A DNA stretch of 64,000 nt, taken from assembly GCA_002633005.1 (NCBI GenBank), contig NMRA01000130.1:186001-250000 (forward strand). The letters are read 5' to 3'. The translations under genes and the position numbers were made by a program. The notes below the pieces were generated by a model, which was given only the letters and a program-made list of their open reading frames with translations, was not told the origin of the DNA and ran no database searches. Numbering within the stretch: the first letter of the stretch is position 1; each line of letters begins with the position of its first letter. The stretch comes from Phoronis australis. Taxonomy: Eukaryota; Animalia; Phoronida. Below are positions 37,441 through 49,800 of the stretch, in pieces.

Positions 37441-40400
37441 AATTGAAAATCGAAATCGTGGAGTTCTCTTTATTTTACGTTGAAATTGACCTTAGAGCAA
37501 CAAAAAAATCTCGAGCAAAATCATTTTGTGGAATTCTCAAATGTCTAAGACGTTTATTTGAATCTAGGAACCAGGGCTTTTTCGGGATCATTTCACGGTG
37601 CAGTGCGAAGTAGGCCCAAGGTGTCATTATTTTCTCAATTTTGTCCTTTAAAAGGACCGTTAAAATAGTTCAAGTTTGTCAGAGGCGTATATTGAAGTCT
37701 AACTTTCGACAAAGTGAAATCTGACTCCACGTTTCTAATGCACGACCGATGTTTCTTCGGCTACTTGTATCAGCACAAGTAACCGTTCCACATTTGACCG
37801 AGAGCACGCTGGCGCCTAGTTGAATTATTAATTGCAAATCTATAAAAAATGTCATCTGATTTGAGTTCACGCCGACGGTACGCCGCGCTTACAGCACCTT
37901 TGAATAGGCCTAGAACGCGAAAGTCTCATAAAATTGCCTTTTAAAATAGGATCGTGGCGAAACCATGCAGTTCTCAGTTGGGGATGTTATCATTAAATAT
38001 TGCAAGAAATTTCAGAAAAATCGCCAGATTCACTATTTTTGAAATACAGACGAAATATAAACATCTCGTGGAGAATTTCTCGCTTACACTGGTCACCGCG
38101 AAGATTCCCTTAGCCTCAGACAACTTTTATGATGCCTATTCAGCACGCCCTTTGTATTGGTGTAGATCTGAGCTAATGAAGTGGAAAGGTAATAGCTAGC
38201 ATTACTGTCTCAATACTGGTTGTTGTTAGTATCCCCAATTTGGTTTTCTCTGACATTTGCAGAAATCAATGCTCCTGGTATAGCTCATTGCAGAGATACA
38301 GCCAGCAACTCTGGAGAGTAGTTTTAACTTGGTACATTATAAATAATACAAAGTGACTAAAAAGGTTAACTTATGTTTATCTTCACAAAGGGCCTCTTCC
38401 CAAAGGAACGTTATGTTTCTTATCGGTTTTCATAATTTTTAATGCTTCTGCCCACTTGTTTTTTTTTTCTTACCGGGAACGGGTTGATAACTTTCTATCT
38501 AACTTGAAGTACCAAAACAGAGGTAGATTTTGATCGTCAGCGAAATTTAAGCTTAATTAGTTAAGTTCATTGTGAGCCCATCCCTGAACTTTCCTCATTA
38601 CAGGTACACTAAACATTTCACGTGTCATTAAATTTTTATCTTTATTAGAACTCAAATCATAAAATATATACAGAAGAACAAATATGGTGTTAACCAAACT
38701 GAAGATTTTTAATCTCTGGACAATTTCGGTGGCACTGACTATATAACTATTCTAGCTCTTTGTCAGTAATAAAAAAATTAAAAGTGGGCTCAAGTTAAGT
38801 ACAATTGTTTCCCGGGTAAAAATCGTACTTGGATGTTTTTTTTTCTAGCTGAATACTGAATACTGGTGTTCGTTTTTAATGAAAATTAGTGATTAATGCA
38901 CTTTGAAAATTCGCCATTATGTACAGTCAGAGATGTTTAATACAGTTTATGGTCTTGTTCGCATCCGGCAATGCGGAGTTTATTAGAAAAAAAAATATTC
39001 AGCGCATTCGTACCCAGCAATTTTAACTATTGCCTACTGAATTGACATTTCAGCTCAATAAATCTCTGACAAATTAGAAAAAGTCCTGCTCGTGCCCTGA
39101 CATTCGTCTACAGCCGGCGACTAATAATTGTAAGCTTTCACAATGACGAATTCAGTGCTGAGAACTAACCGTGTGTAGGACTCCGACCCATTCAATCTAT
39201 GGCATTCAATTGGAAACTTTTTGTAAAATTTTATTCGGCCGAAATAACTGACTACCTCGGTCCTCAGTCCAACTGACCAGGGATGGTAAATACTCATTTT
39301 AATTATGCCAATATCCTGCATGTATCTAGACTTCATATATATGCATGTATAGGAAGGTAGGCGACATTTCATTTTGCTGTCGCCAGGGTCTGGAAACCGG
39401 GTCTCTCCATCAGGGACGTTGAAAGTTTAGTGTCACAGCCTTGCTGCAGACCTTGACTGGACCATAATGTAAATTAAATGTAACCGTTTGTAAATAATCG
39501 TCGCCATTATCCCACTTTTTACTACACATATAACCTCCTGAAAAGGTAGTAAGTACTTATCTGCTCTTGTAAATGTGTTACTTTTTACCGCGACTATTTT
39601 AATTATTTTATACTCCATGTACTCTACCTCAAGATTTTTATTTTACATCTAGAATTTGGATTGTGGATCTACCTTACTTTGTTAGGACTCTAGTTACGTG
39701 CAGTCTTTTACTTAGTCAAGTAGGTCGGAACTTAAAAATCAACTCGATGGGGCTGAATATCGGTTGCCCGCCAGCTTATGTATAAATGGACGTAAACTAA
39801 AGCTTTTCATCTCGTCTTCATGTTGGAATCTGAATGTTCCGTCAACCTTTGGTATGATACCATTTATGATCGACATGTGTCCCGAACAAAGATAAATGAT
39901 ACGTGCGTCGCAAGCTCGTTACCAGAGATGAAAAGCAGACCGAGGTAGGGATATAAGGTCATTTATTATGACTAATACAATACAATATAATGAAATACAG
40001 GTAAATAATGTATAATAGGTAATCTCTGGTAAGATGGGCAATAAAAAGCGCTAAAGTATTCATCGGATTTTAACTTGAACGAATTTTCATTTTGCACATT
40101 AATGTAATTAGAATCCCTTCAATTTTAGTGAGACATTGACTCGTGCGTGTATCGTAGTAGTTCCGTTGCAAAAGCTGACCTCGTGCGGAGGATCCTTTCT
40201 AGTCGCGGCAATTAAACGACATTTATAGGGAATTAGACTGTCACGACTGCAGAAGAGACACCTTCTGTCAAGGTAACTCCAGGCGTACCTGAGCCACGCC
40301 AGTGCAGACCACTCCCAAGCCGTTTGTCTTCTACACCGAAGTAACAGACAGCCGAAGACAGGTGATTTCATTGCCCGTAGGAAACTAAGGACTCCGTCAC

Positions 40401-40449
40401 CCAATTCCGACCAGTCAAATTAATCCTAAGTAGATCTAGTGTTGAGCTC

Positions 40450-40916
40450 TGCCAGGAGTGGCCGACACTATTCTTAGTTTAATTATTGTGTTCTTCTGTT
40501 CGTGTGAGTAGAGTAGTTCAGTATTGAACTGGCAGCTGACCCCTGAGGCCAATGAGGGCCGTGGTTATACGTTTACCAAAGATGTCGGGAAGTTCTAAAA
40601 TGTGCTTCATGCTCATGAGACGGTTTGTGAAAGCACTGAGTTAAAAGTTGAAAGTCAGTGGAACGGTAGTTGAGTACAAGAGTACAGTTGAGTTGCTGAA
40701 AGTGTCTCGAAAGTTGAGTCCAGGCTTCATAGCACTGGCTGCATGGCCAAATATTACGTCGGACGTTTTGTTGTAGTATAGGCTTGTGAACGTACTTTCG
40801 AGATTAATTAATAAAGCGATTAACTTGTATCAGTTTTCAGTCTAGCGAAAGGTATTAGCACCGGTCGGTAACCACCCGTGCACACCCCACACACAGACGG
40901 GGCCAAAACGCCGGCA
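40450..40916 (+). mobile_element. Solo LTR (TG...CA) with 5-bp TSD
   Basis: AGCTC|TGCCAG ... CCGGCA|AGCTC with inverted TGCC/GGCA ends and AATAAA near 40810. Homologous to 51809-52522. Confidence 0.8.
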
Positions 40917-40980
40917 AGCTCCACTTGATATATGCAAGACTGCCAAGATTCTCGCCACGAATGAATCGAAGCTGGTGTGA

Positions 40981-41852
40981 CAGTGGCGGATCGAGGATAC
41001 CATAGGGGGGCCCAACATATTGCCTCGGGGAATTGGGCAAAGCGCTATTTGTATGTGCACAGGCGGCCGAAAGTTACGGTGCCGGGGATTTGGACCTCCT
41101 GTCCCGAAACTACGTCGGTGAACTAAAAAAAAAACAAAAGAAAAACGTTTACACGATTCCGCCGGGGTCTGAGCTGCCCTCATCAGCTACCGGTCCTAAT
41201 TGCTGAACTCAATCAGCCGATTTCATAAAAATGGGGCAACAAAACCAGGTTTAAGAATTAAACCTAAACCTAAACCTAAACCTGGTCTAATTTTGGAACT
41301 AGTTGCATTTCACCAACGTGATTTAAAAGTTTGAAAGCCTGGTTTTGTTAGACCATGGAGCCGGTTTTGGTCTTTTTGGCATTTGAAGACTATTTTAAAT
41401 ACGGCAAATTTGTTAAGAATCGATGACACAAAATATAAAACGTGTAATAAGCATTACAAAAAGGAGAAGGTTTCTCGCGCAAACGCTGTGGACCATAAAC
41501 AAGTAGGTCTCTGCTCTTGGTATGTGATTAGAAGTAAAATCGTTGTGGAGTAGTGGTAACGCACGCGCTCACAAATCGGCAGGTCGTGAGTTCGATTCTT
41601 TGATACTTGCAGTTTTTCCTGTTTGACACGTTCTCGGTTTTTTTTTGTTTTTTTTCTAATACTTCAGGAATCAAGGGAAATGCTTGAATTTTAGAGGTAA
41701 AAACAGAAAAATTTCCTGGGCGGGAGGGGGGTTTGCCCGACCTCCCCCCATTCGGTGCTATGCGCATCTACAATCGTGGTTCAGTTTTCGCAAATTCTTA
41801 CAGCCGGAAAAAAATTTGGGCCCCCCCTTGTGATATCCTAGATCCGCCACTG
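40981..41852. mobile_element. TIR element with ~35-bp imperfect TIRs and nested fragments
   Basis: CAGTGGCGGATCGAGGATACCATAGGGGGGCCCAA vs TTGGGCCCCCCCTTGTGATATCCTAGATCCGCCACTG. Confidence 0.75.
41541..41605 (+). pseudogene. Degenerate tRNA-like sequence / SINE head
   Basis: A box TGGAGTAGTGG, anticodon-like loop CTCACAA, B box GAGTTCGATTC. The acceptor stem does not pair. Confidence 0.5.
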
Positions 41853-42184
41853 TGTATCAACATGTAAAGCTAAAGACAGGACGGAGTGTATGCTAGGCAA
41901 TGTCTCGCGGATTTTTGTGCGATCAATGAGCTATATATATTTAAGTCATTGCGTGCGATATTTCGTTTTCACGCGTCTACGGAACCGCGCGCCAGGTTGC
42001 GTATTGGCCTACCCCGGCGGCGTGCCACGGGTTGTACCACCAGAGGTCTCTTTTTAAGTTCCGGTTTATGCGGTTGAGCTTCATTGCGTCTTTGATCAGA
42101 GTTGATTGCGGATTCTGTGCTGCCTTTCTACACTGTATCTCAAACAAATTGGTTCTTGGTATTATATAGAACAAATTTAGCACC

Positions 42185-42433
42185 ATGAAGTTTGACTCTA
42201 ATCGTTCAGTTTCACGCAACGGTCTCACCAACTTCTTTTTGGTTGGAATGACTTTGGGTCTCCTCTGCACGACCTATCTTCTCTGGAAAACGCGAGGCAG
42301 GGAAACTATGCTACAAGCAGACCTGCTGAAATTGAAAACTTCGTCACAAGCTGAAATCAGCTCTTTGCAACAGAAAGTTGCGCAACTGACTAAAGATGTA
42401 GCAAGGGCACAAGAGGATACCAAAAAGTCGGAG
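42185..42433 (+). CDS. Second copy of exon 1 of the uncharacterised type II membrane protein (probably the alternate haplotype)
   Basis: 249 nt with 3 differences from 46820-47068 (V20/I20, L68/M68, one synonymous) and an intact GTAAGT donor. Lies inside the 39414-43094 duplicate block. Confidence 0.75.
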
Positions 42434-44131
42434 GTAAGTTCTTGGAGCACTCCCAGTAACCATGGTAACTGATTGGTTTGAGCCACTACTACACTAGTAT
42501 CAGTTGAGTCTTGATTAACATTCTAAGTAAGCGCTAACACTTTTAAAAACTCTTTATTTAAAAATTGAGGAAAAATTTTTTTTTGTGAAATCTTCACACA
42601 AATTTTCTTCATTTGGGGTATGGATAGAATTGTGAGTTAGTCACTAATGAATTAACATTTTATGAATCTCAGTCTCATTTGAGCTTCTATAACCCTAGTG
42701 ACCTCCGTCTCTTGTTGGCCCCAGTAGAGATGGTGGAAGCTTTTCGATAGATTATGCCTCACACTGATTAAAATATTAAAGTGCCATTGTTACAAGAGTG
42801 TAAACTCCCCCGAGCTATTTACAATATTTACATAGTAAGAGTTCTCACTGCGCTCTGATCTGTCGAGGGCTTTTCCATCCTTGTTCCCGATGACTGCCAA
42901 GCCACAAACTTCAGTCCAGGTCTTGAAACACTCACATTGGCAACACTGGCAGTCACTGACACTGTCCAGGTTGGACTTGTAATTTTCCTATGTAACATAC
43001 CAAAAGTTCTTTAACTCAAACTTCTCACCAACTCTTTCAAAAGTTCTCAAGTAATAACCTAATTGCTAAAGCATATGCTCAAAACTTCGGAAAANGGACG
43101 TTGAAAGTTTAGTGTCACAGCCTTGCTGCAGACCTTGAATGGACCATAATGTAAATTAAACGTAACCGTTTGTAAATAATCGTCGCCATTATCCCACTTT
43201 TTACTACACATATAACCTCCTGAAAGGGTAGTAAGTACTTATCTGCTCTTGTAAATGTGTTACTTTTTACCGCGACTATTTTAATTATTTTATACTCCAT
43301 GTACTCTACCTCAAGATTTTTATTTTACATCTAGAATTTAGATTGTGGATCTAGCTTACTTTGTTAGGACTCTTGTTACGTGCAGTCTTTTAGTCAAGTA
43401 GGTCGGAACTTAAAAATCAACTCGATGGGGCTGAATATCGGTTGCCCACCAGCTTATGTATAAATGGACATAAACTAAAGCTTTTCATCTCGTCTTCATG
43501 TTGGAATCTGAATGTTCCGTCAACCTTTGGTATGATACCATTTATGATCGACATATGTCCCGAATAAAGATAAATGATACGTGCGTCGCAAGCTCGTTAC
43601 CAGAGATGAAAAGGAGACCGAGGTAGGGATATAAGGTCATTTATTATGACTAATACAATACAATATAATGAAATACAGGTAAATAAGTATAATAAGTAAT
43701 CTCTGGTAAGATGGGCAATAAAAAGCGCTAAAGTATTCATCGGATTTTAACTTGAACGAATTTTCATTTTGCACATTAATGTAATTAGAATCCTTTCAAT
43801 TTTAGTGAGACGTTGACTCGTGCGTGTATCGTAGGAGTTCCGTTGCAAAAGCTGACCTCGTGCGGAGGGTCCTTTCTAGTCGCGGCAAGAAAACGACATT
43901 TATAGGGAATTAGACTGTCGCGACTGCAGAAGAGACACCTTCTGTCAAGGTAACTCCAGGCGTACCTGAGCCACGCCAGTGCAGACCACTCCCAAGCCGT
44001 TTGTCTTCTACACCGAAGTATATGAACAGACAGCCGAAGACAGGTGATTTCATTGCCCGTAGGAAATTAAGGACTCCGTCACCCAATTCCGACCAGTCAA
44101 ATTAATCCTAAGTAGATCTAGTGTTGAGCTC

Positions 44132-44622
44132 TGCCAGGAGTGGCTGACACTATTCTTAGTTTAATTATTGTGTTCTTCTGTTCGTGTTCTAGTAGAGTAG
44201 TTCAGTATTGAACTGGCAGCTGACCCCTGAGGCCAATGAGGGCCGTGGTAATATGTTAACCAAAGATGTCGGGAAGTTCTAAAATGTGCTTCATGCTCAT
44301 GAGACGGTTTGTGAAAGCACTGATTAAAAGTTGAAAGTCAGTGGAACGGTGGTTGAATACAAGAGTACAGTTGAGTTGCTGAAAGTGTCTCGAAAGTTGA
44401 GTCCAGGCTTCATAGCACTGGCTGCATGGACTCATAGTGGAGGACAGAACAAACATTACGTCGGACGTTTTGTTAGAGTATAGGCTTGTGAACGTACTTT
44501 CGAGATTAATTAATAAAGCTATTAACTTGTATCAATTTTCAGTCTAGCGAAAGGTATTAGCACCGGTCGGTAACCACCCGTGCACACCCCAAACACAGAC
44601 GGGGCCAAAACGCCGGCCGGCA
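44132..44622 (+). mobile_element. Solo LTR, counterpart of 40450-40916 in the second duplicate block
   Basis: Same AGCTC TSD and TGCC...GGCA ends. Confidence 0.8.
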
Positions 44623-44913
44623 AGCTCCACTTGATATAACTGCCAAGGATCTCGCCACGAAGAAGCTGGTGTGACAGTGGCGGATCGAGGATACCATAGG
44701 GGCCGGCCCAACATGTTGCCTCGGGGAATTGGGCAAAGCGCTATTTGTATGTGCACAGGCGGCCGAAAGTTACGGGGCCGGGGATTTGGACCTCCTGTTC
44801 CGAAACTACGTCGGTGAACTAAAAAAAAAACCGGCAAAAGAAAAACGTTTACACGATTCCGCCGGGGTCTGAGATGCCCTCATCAGCTACCGGTCCTAAT
44901 TGCTGAACTCAAT

Positions 44914-46075
44914 CAGCCGATTTCATAAAAATGGTTCAACAAAACCAGGTTTAAGAATTAAACCTAAACCTAAACCTGGTCTAATTTTAGACCTAGTTGT
45001 ATTTCACCAACGTGATTTAAAAGTTTGAAAGCCTGGTTTTGTTAGACCATGGAGCCGGTTTAGTAAAATCAGGTTTAAAGTATATCTAAGCCACCCCGCT
45101 GTGTCGATCTGGATTAACCCAACAACAGAACTATTGAAGTGTTTCAATGAAACCTTGATCACGTGGGTATGCAATGGCACACACTAGTAGAATCACATTT
45201 GCGAAAAAGATCTAAAATTAAGCTTTTCCCAAGAGGAAAACTGTCTGTGCCCAACACACGTACACACATTAAAGTACATGCTCACGATTAGCCGCAACAT
45301 ATGATAAATGTCCAAATTTATTTCCGTGCCATTTTAATGTTTATTTTTCGTGGCCAATTGGGGGGCGGGGGCAAGACCCCTTCCCAGCAACATTAAATCG
45401 GAGACCAATGGATGTGGAATTCAGAAAAATCAGAAGATGCTGTCTTCAGGTCAAACCCGTAGCGCTTACGACGACGACAACCTGCTCAGCGTATACTGAA
45501 GTATCCGCAGCCAAGGACAATGTCCAGCACGCTCTACACATAGGCGGATCCAAGGTGGTCAAGGCGCCTGGTTTCCTTTTTCCCTTGAATTTAGTGATAT
45601 CAAATCTATAATTTTCAAATTGTTTACTTGGTCCCCCCTTTTAAAAAATGCTTGACCGACCCCCACCCCCTTAAAAATCGTGGATCCGCCCCTGCTACGT
45701 TTGATCTCGTGTCGTCGTAAAACTGAATATTGAAAATAGTCCATTTTCGCTCTAAAACTGCGTCCCAAATTCAAACCACGGCATCATTCAGTTGCACCAA
45801 TATCATGCAAGTCTGACATATACCGGTATTGTTAAAACACTGGGTCTGACCGTGTCTCAAATAAACTTAGTGGTTTAAGATCTTAAGGTCTAATATAGAA
45901 CTCGTTGGTAAAATGAAAGCTGACTTAGCTCAGGTCTAAACTGGAGTTAAACCAGATTTTACTGGACCACTGGTCTAAAAGTTAAACCACCTTCATGAAA
46001 TACAGATGATCTTTAAACCTGGTCTAAGTCCAGTTTAAACCAGATTTAATTTTAAACCACCTTTATGATCGGCTG
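44914..46075. mobile_element. Non-autonomous TIR element with 3-bp flanking direct repeat (possibly PIF/Harbinger-like); nested MITE at 45539-45694
   Basis: AAT|CAGCCGATTTCATAAAAATGGTT ... AACCACCTTTATGATCGGCTG|AAT with subterminal TAAACC/GGTCTA motifs. Confidence 0.65.
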
Positions 46076-46819
46076 AATATGTCCTCACGCTTCACGCTGT
46101 TGCTGTTTCATTTTGTTTGCGGCAGCCAAGGGGAGCGGGGGCCAAGCTATCACCATCTCCCGAGAGATGTCGCAAAAATTTAGGAAATGGCACGTGCGCG
46201 TGACACGAGCGTAGGCCTACTGTTTTCACCCCATCTGGTCTTGAGCTTTGCTACCACTCAGCTGAATTTCGGCGACGGGTGACGGCGGGCAGAACTACCC
46301 TGGCTGTGTGCAATTTCGGGGTCTACGGAAGACTACGCAGTGGTACCTAGCCAGCCAGCTAGCTGTATGAGGACTGTCGTCAAAATACAGCTTGGTACCA
46401 CTGTGTGTATTTCTTCCGTAGACACCGAAATTGCACACCGTGGTGCACTGCCAGGGTGATATCTGCTCGTCACCTCGCCGTGAAAGTTGTATCAACATGT
46501 AAAGCTAAAGACAGAACGGGGTGTATGTTAGGCAATGTCTCGCGGATTTTTGTGCGATTAATGAGATATATATATTTAACTCATTGCGTGCGATATTTCG
46601 TTTTCACGCGTCTACGGAACCGCGCGCCAGGTTGCGTATTGGCCTACCCCGGCGGCGTGCCACGGGTTGTACCACCAGAGGTCTCTTTTTGATTTCCGGT
46701 TTATGCGGTTGAGCTTCATTGCGTCTTTGATCAGAGTTGATTGCGGATTCTGTGCTGCCTTTCTGCACTGTATCTCAAACAAATTGGTTCTTGGTATTAT
46801 ATAGAACAAATTTAGCACC

Positions 46820-49800
46820 ATGAAGTTTGACTCTAATCGTTCAGTTTCACGCAACGGTCTCACCAACTTCTTTTTGATTGGAATGACTTTGGGTCTCCTC
46901 TGCACGACCTATCTTCTCTGGAAAACGCGAGGCAGGGAAACTATGCTACAAGCAGACCTGCTGAAATTGAAAACTTCGTCACAAGCTGAAATCAGCTCTT
47001 TGCAACAGAAGGTTGCGCAAATGACTAAAGATGTAGCAAGGGCACAAGAGGATACCAAAAAGTCGGAGGTAAGTTCTTGGAGCAACCCCAGTAACCATGG
47101 TAACTGATTGGTTTGAGCCACTACTACACTAGTATCACTTGAGTCTTGATTAACATTCTAAGTAAGCGCTAACACTTTTAAAAACTCTTTATTTAAAAAT
47201 TGAGGAAAAACTTAATTTTTTTTTGTGAAATCTTTTCACACAAATTTTCTTCATTTGGGGTATGGATAGAATTGTGAGTAGTCACTATAATCATGTATAA
47301 TGAATTAACATTTTATGAATCTCAGTCTCATTTGAGCTTCTATAACACTAGTGACCTCCGTCTCTTGTTGGCCCCAGTAGAGATGGTGGAAGCTTTTCGA
47401 TAGATTATGCCTCACACTGATTAAAATATTAAAGTGCCATTGTTACAAGAGTGTAAACTCCCCCGAGCTATTTACAATATTTACATAGTAAGAGTTCTCA
47501 CTGCGCTCTGATCTGTCGAGGGCTTTTCCATCCTTGTTCCCGATGACTGCCAAGCCACAAACTTCAGTCCAGGTCTTGAAACACTCACATTGGCAACACT
47601 GGCAGTCACTGACACTGTCCAGGTTGGACTTGTAATTTTCCTATGTAACATACCAAAAGTTCTTTAACTCAAACTTCTCACCAACTCTTTCAAAAGTTCT
47701 CAAGTAATAACCTACTTGCTAAAGCATATGCTCAAAACTTCGGAAAATTCAAACTGTCTCCAAACTCAAAAGCACGTCCTTTCGACAACGCAGTCAGAAC
47801 AAAAGACACTGAACCATCGATCTTGGCAGACAACCCGAATATCACCAGCAGGCCTTGAGTGGCCAAAACAATTGACTTATTAACCACATAAGGGGCTCAC
47901 GATACAACCCATTAGACAAACCTAACAAAGCCACTCTGAAATGTCAGAGGTCACGTGTGTTTCAGTTTCAGTGTTCACGACAGTACCTTTTGCAGATAGA
48001 GGGACACCTTAGGAGGCTGACGATTTCTTTAATTACTTCCAATTGCAACTAATGCTCCCGTAATCAAACTTTTTCTTCGAGCAGTGCGTCGTTCAGTTGC
48101 CCAAAACAATAACTGGTCATTTTTAACACTGCGCGCGCTCTTGGTTAGGTCACTTACTGTTATAAAATTGTTATCGACTTGTTTCAGGGTGCTTAGCAGG
48201 GTTCTTGGTGTCTTGATTTTGGGGCTGAATATCGCCCCTGTCCGGTTCCCCTATGAAAATATTTTCAAAATGACGCATAATTATCCTCATCAGACCCAAA
48301 CATTCCTCCCTAGTGGTTAAAAAAGTTCCCTCAAGGTTAGAATCACTTATGAAAAATGTTGGTTTTGACTACTTAAGGCATTGCTGAGGAGGGTTGGCAC
48401 TTGTTCCGGGGTGGATATTTTCCGTTTAGCCAAAAAATTACCCTCTCAGAAGGTACACGTACCTTTCTCCTGGGGTGACCTGCTTAAATAAGAAACGATT
48501 TTTGGGTTTAGAACCGACAGTTCCTTATCCTTTGACCATTCTCAGCACTTAAAAACATGCCGACTTGTGGAACCTGATATCAAACAATACTGAAGTGTCA
48601 AGTCATTGGAACCCCTGAAATAATCAAAAATTTGACTTGACTCAATTTCATAATATTTCCATGATCTAAATAAAATGTTTCGTGATAGAAGGAGGGTTTA
48701 TGTTCAAGTTTAAGTACCGTACAAGTATTTTGACTAGATGAAAAATACTTACTTCGCACATGGCTTAGGCGAGAGTCCGGCATAGGCAGATATAGAGAAG
48801 CCCAAAGAGTACCGTTGGTGTACATGCTGCTTTTAGGATCACCGCGGAGATTTTCCATTTGAAAATTGTGGTTGGTCCCCACTTATGATATCCTAGGTCT
48901 GCCAGTGTCCAGTGGAGAATTTTGTTGTATAAGCAAACCCATAAACGATGAGAGTGTTAATAAGAGCATAGGCATCTGAATTTAAATCCGTCATCGGTAA
49001 TTGAGTTTTTGTTTTATAGTTTATACCAGGGGTTTTAGCTGAACATTTTTGGCATATAGTGTGAATACTTATGGCGATATTTAGTTTTTTATATTACAGC
49101 TGCAAGTCTACAAGGTTCCCCCAGTTTTTCTGGTCTATCTGTAAGATTTTAGCCACTCTAGAGTTAAATGAGATAAGCTGTTGCTTGTTTTAAAGAAAAG
49201 TGTTTTATCTGGCTGTTTTTCCTGTTGTACCATGTACAATATACCATATGCAGTTGTTTGGTGTTTTCCATAACTTGTTTTGACTCATCACAGTAACAAA
49301 TTTAGATTTTGCAGCGTTTAGTTTGCTTTACCTGCATGGAGTTAGAAAAAAGTACAGCAAGATTTAAATTATGCGAATTTCAGTTGCTCATTTGTTTCAC
49401 GGATTAGCTCACTTCAGTCGTTTGGCACCCGTTCAGGTAAACCCCCTGGAGTATGAACTTGGATTTTTGAACATTTCGTAATTACTGTTTGTCAAATTTT
49501 AGTTTTTTGTAAGAGAGAGAGCGCTATTGTTATCCCATCATATTGAAGAGTAAGATTTTGGTAGCCCTTGTACTAAGTGACCTTGTAGCCATACTGTAAG
49601 GCTAAGACACTTATTCTTTTGTTTCTATGTGTTTAAAACTTCTTATGGTATATGTTAGCCTTGATATTCATGTTATGATGTAGAATTAATTTCTACTAAT
49701 GCCAAATTAATTTTTCCATAGAAAACCCGTGATGACCAAAGTAAAGATCTCACTAAAGTTAAAAAGGAAAAGGATGGTAAAGTATCAAGATTTTTTTAGA

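Larger units (their letters stand above)
39414..47747. repeat. Tandem near-identical duplication: 39414-43094 and 43096-47747, joined at a single N (43095)
   Basis: Both copies start GGACGTTGAAAGTTTAGTG and end CTCAAAACTTCGGAAAA. They show scattered SNPs and indels, plus one non-homologous internal segment (41368-41852 vs ~45062-46487). Confidence 0.95.

Noticed and set aside
40983-40998. GTGGCGGATCGAGGAT after TGTGACA as an LTR primer-binding site
   Set aside because: Better explained as the left TIR of the 40981-41852 element (~35-bp inverted match). No gag/pol follows.
41541-41605. tRNA-Val(CAC) gene
   Set aside because: A and B boxes are present, but the acceptor and anticodon stems do not pair properly and it sits within a transposon.
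39433-43300. Duplicated 61-aa ORF MEYKIIKIVAVK... (39433-39618, 43115-43300)
   Set aside because: It repeats only because of the block duplication; no coding features or recognisable motif.
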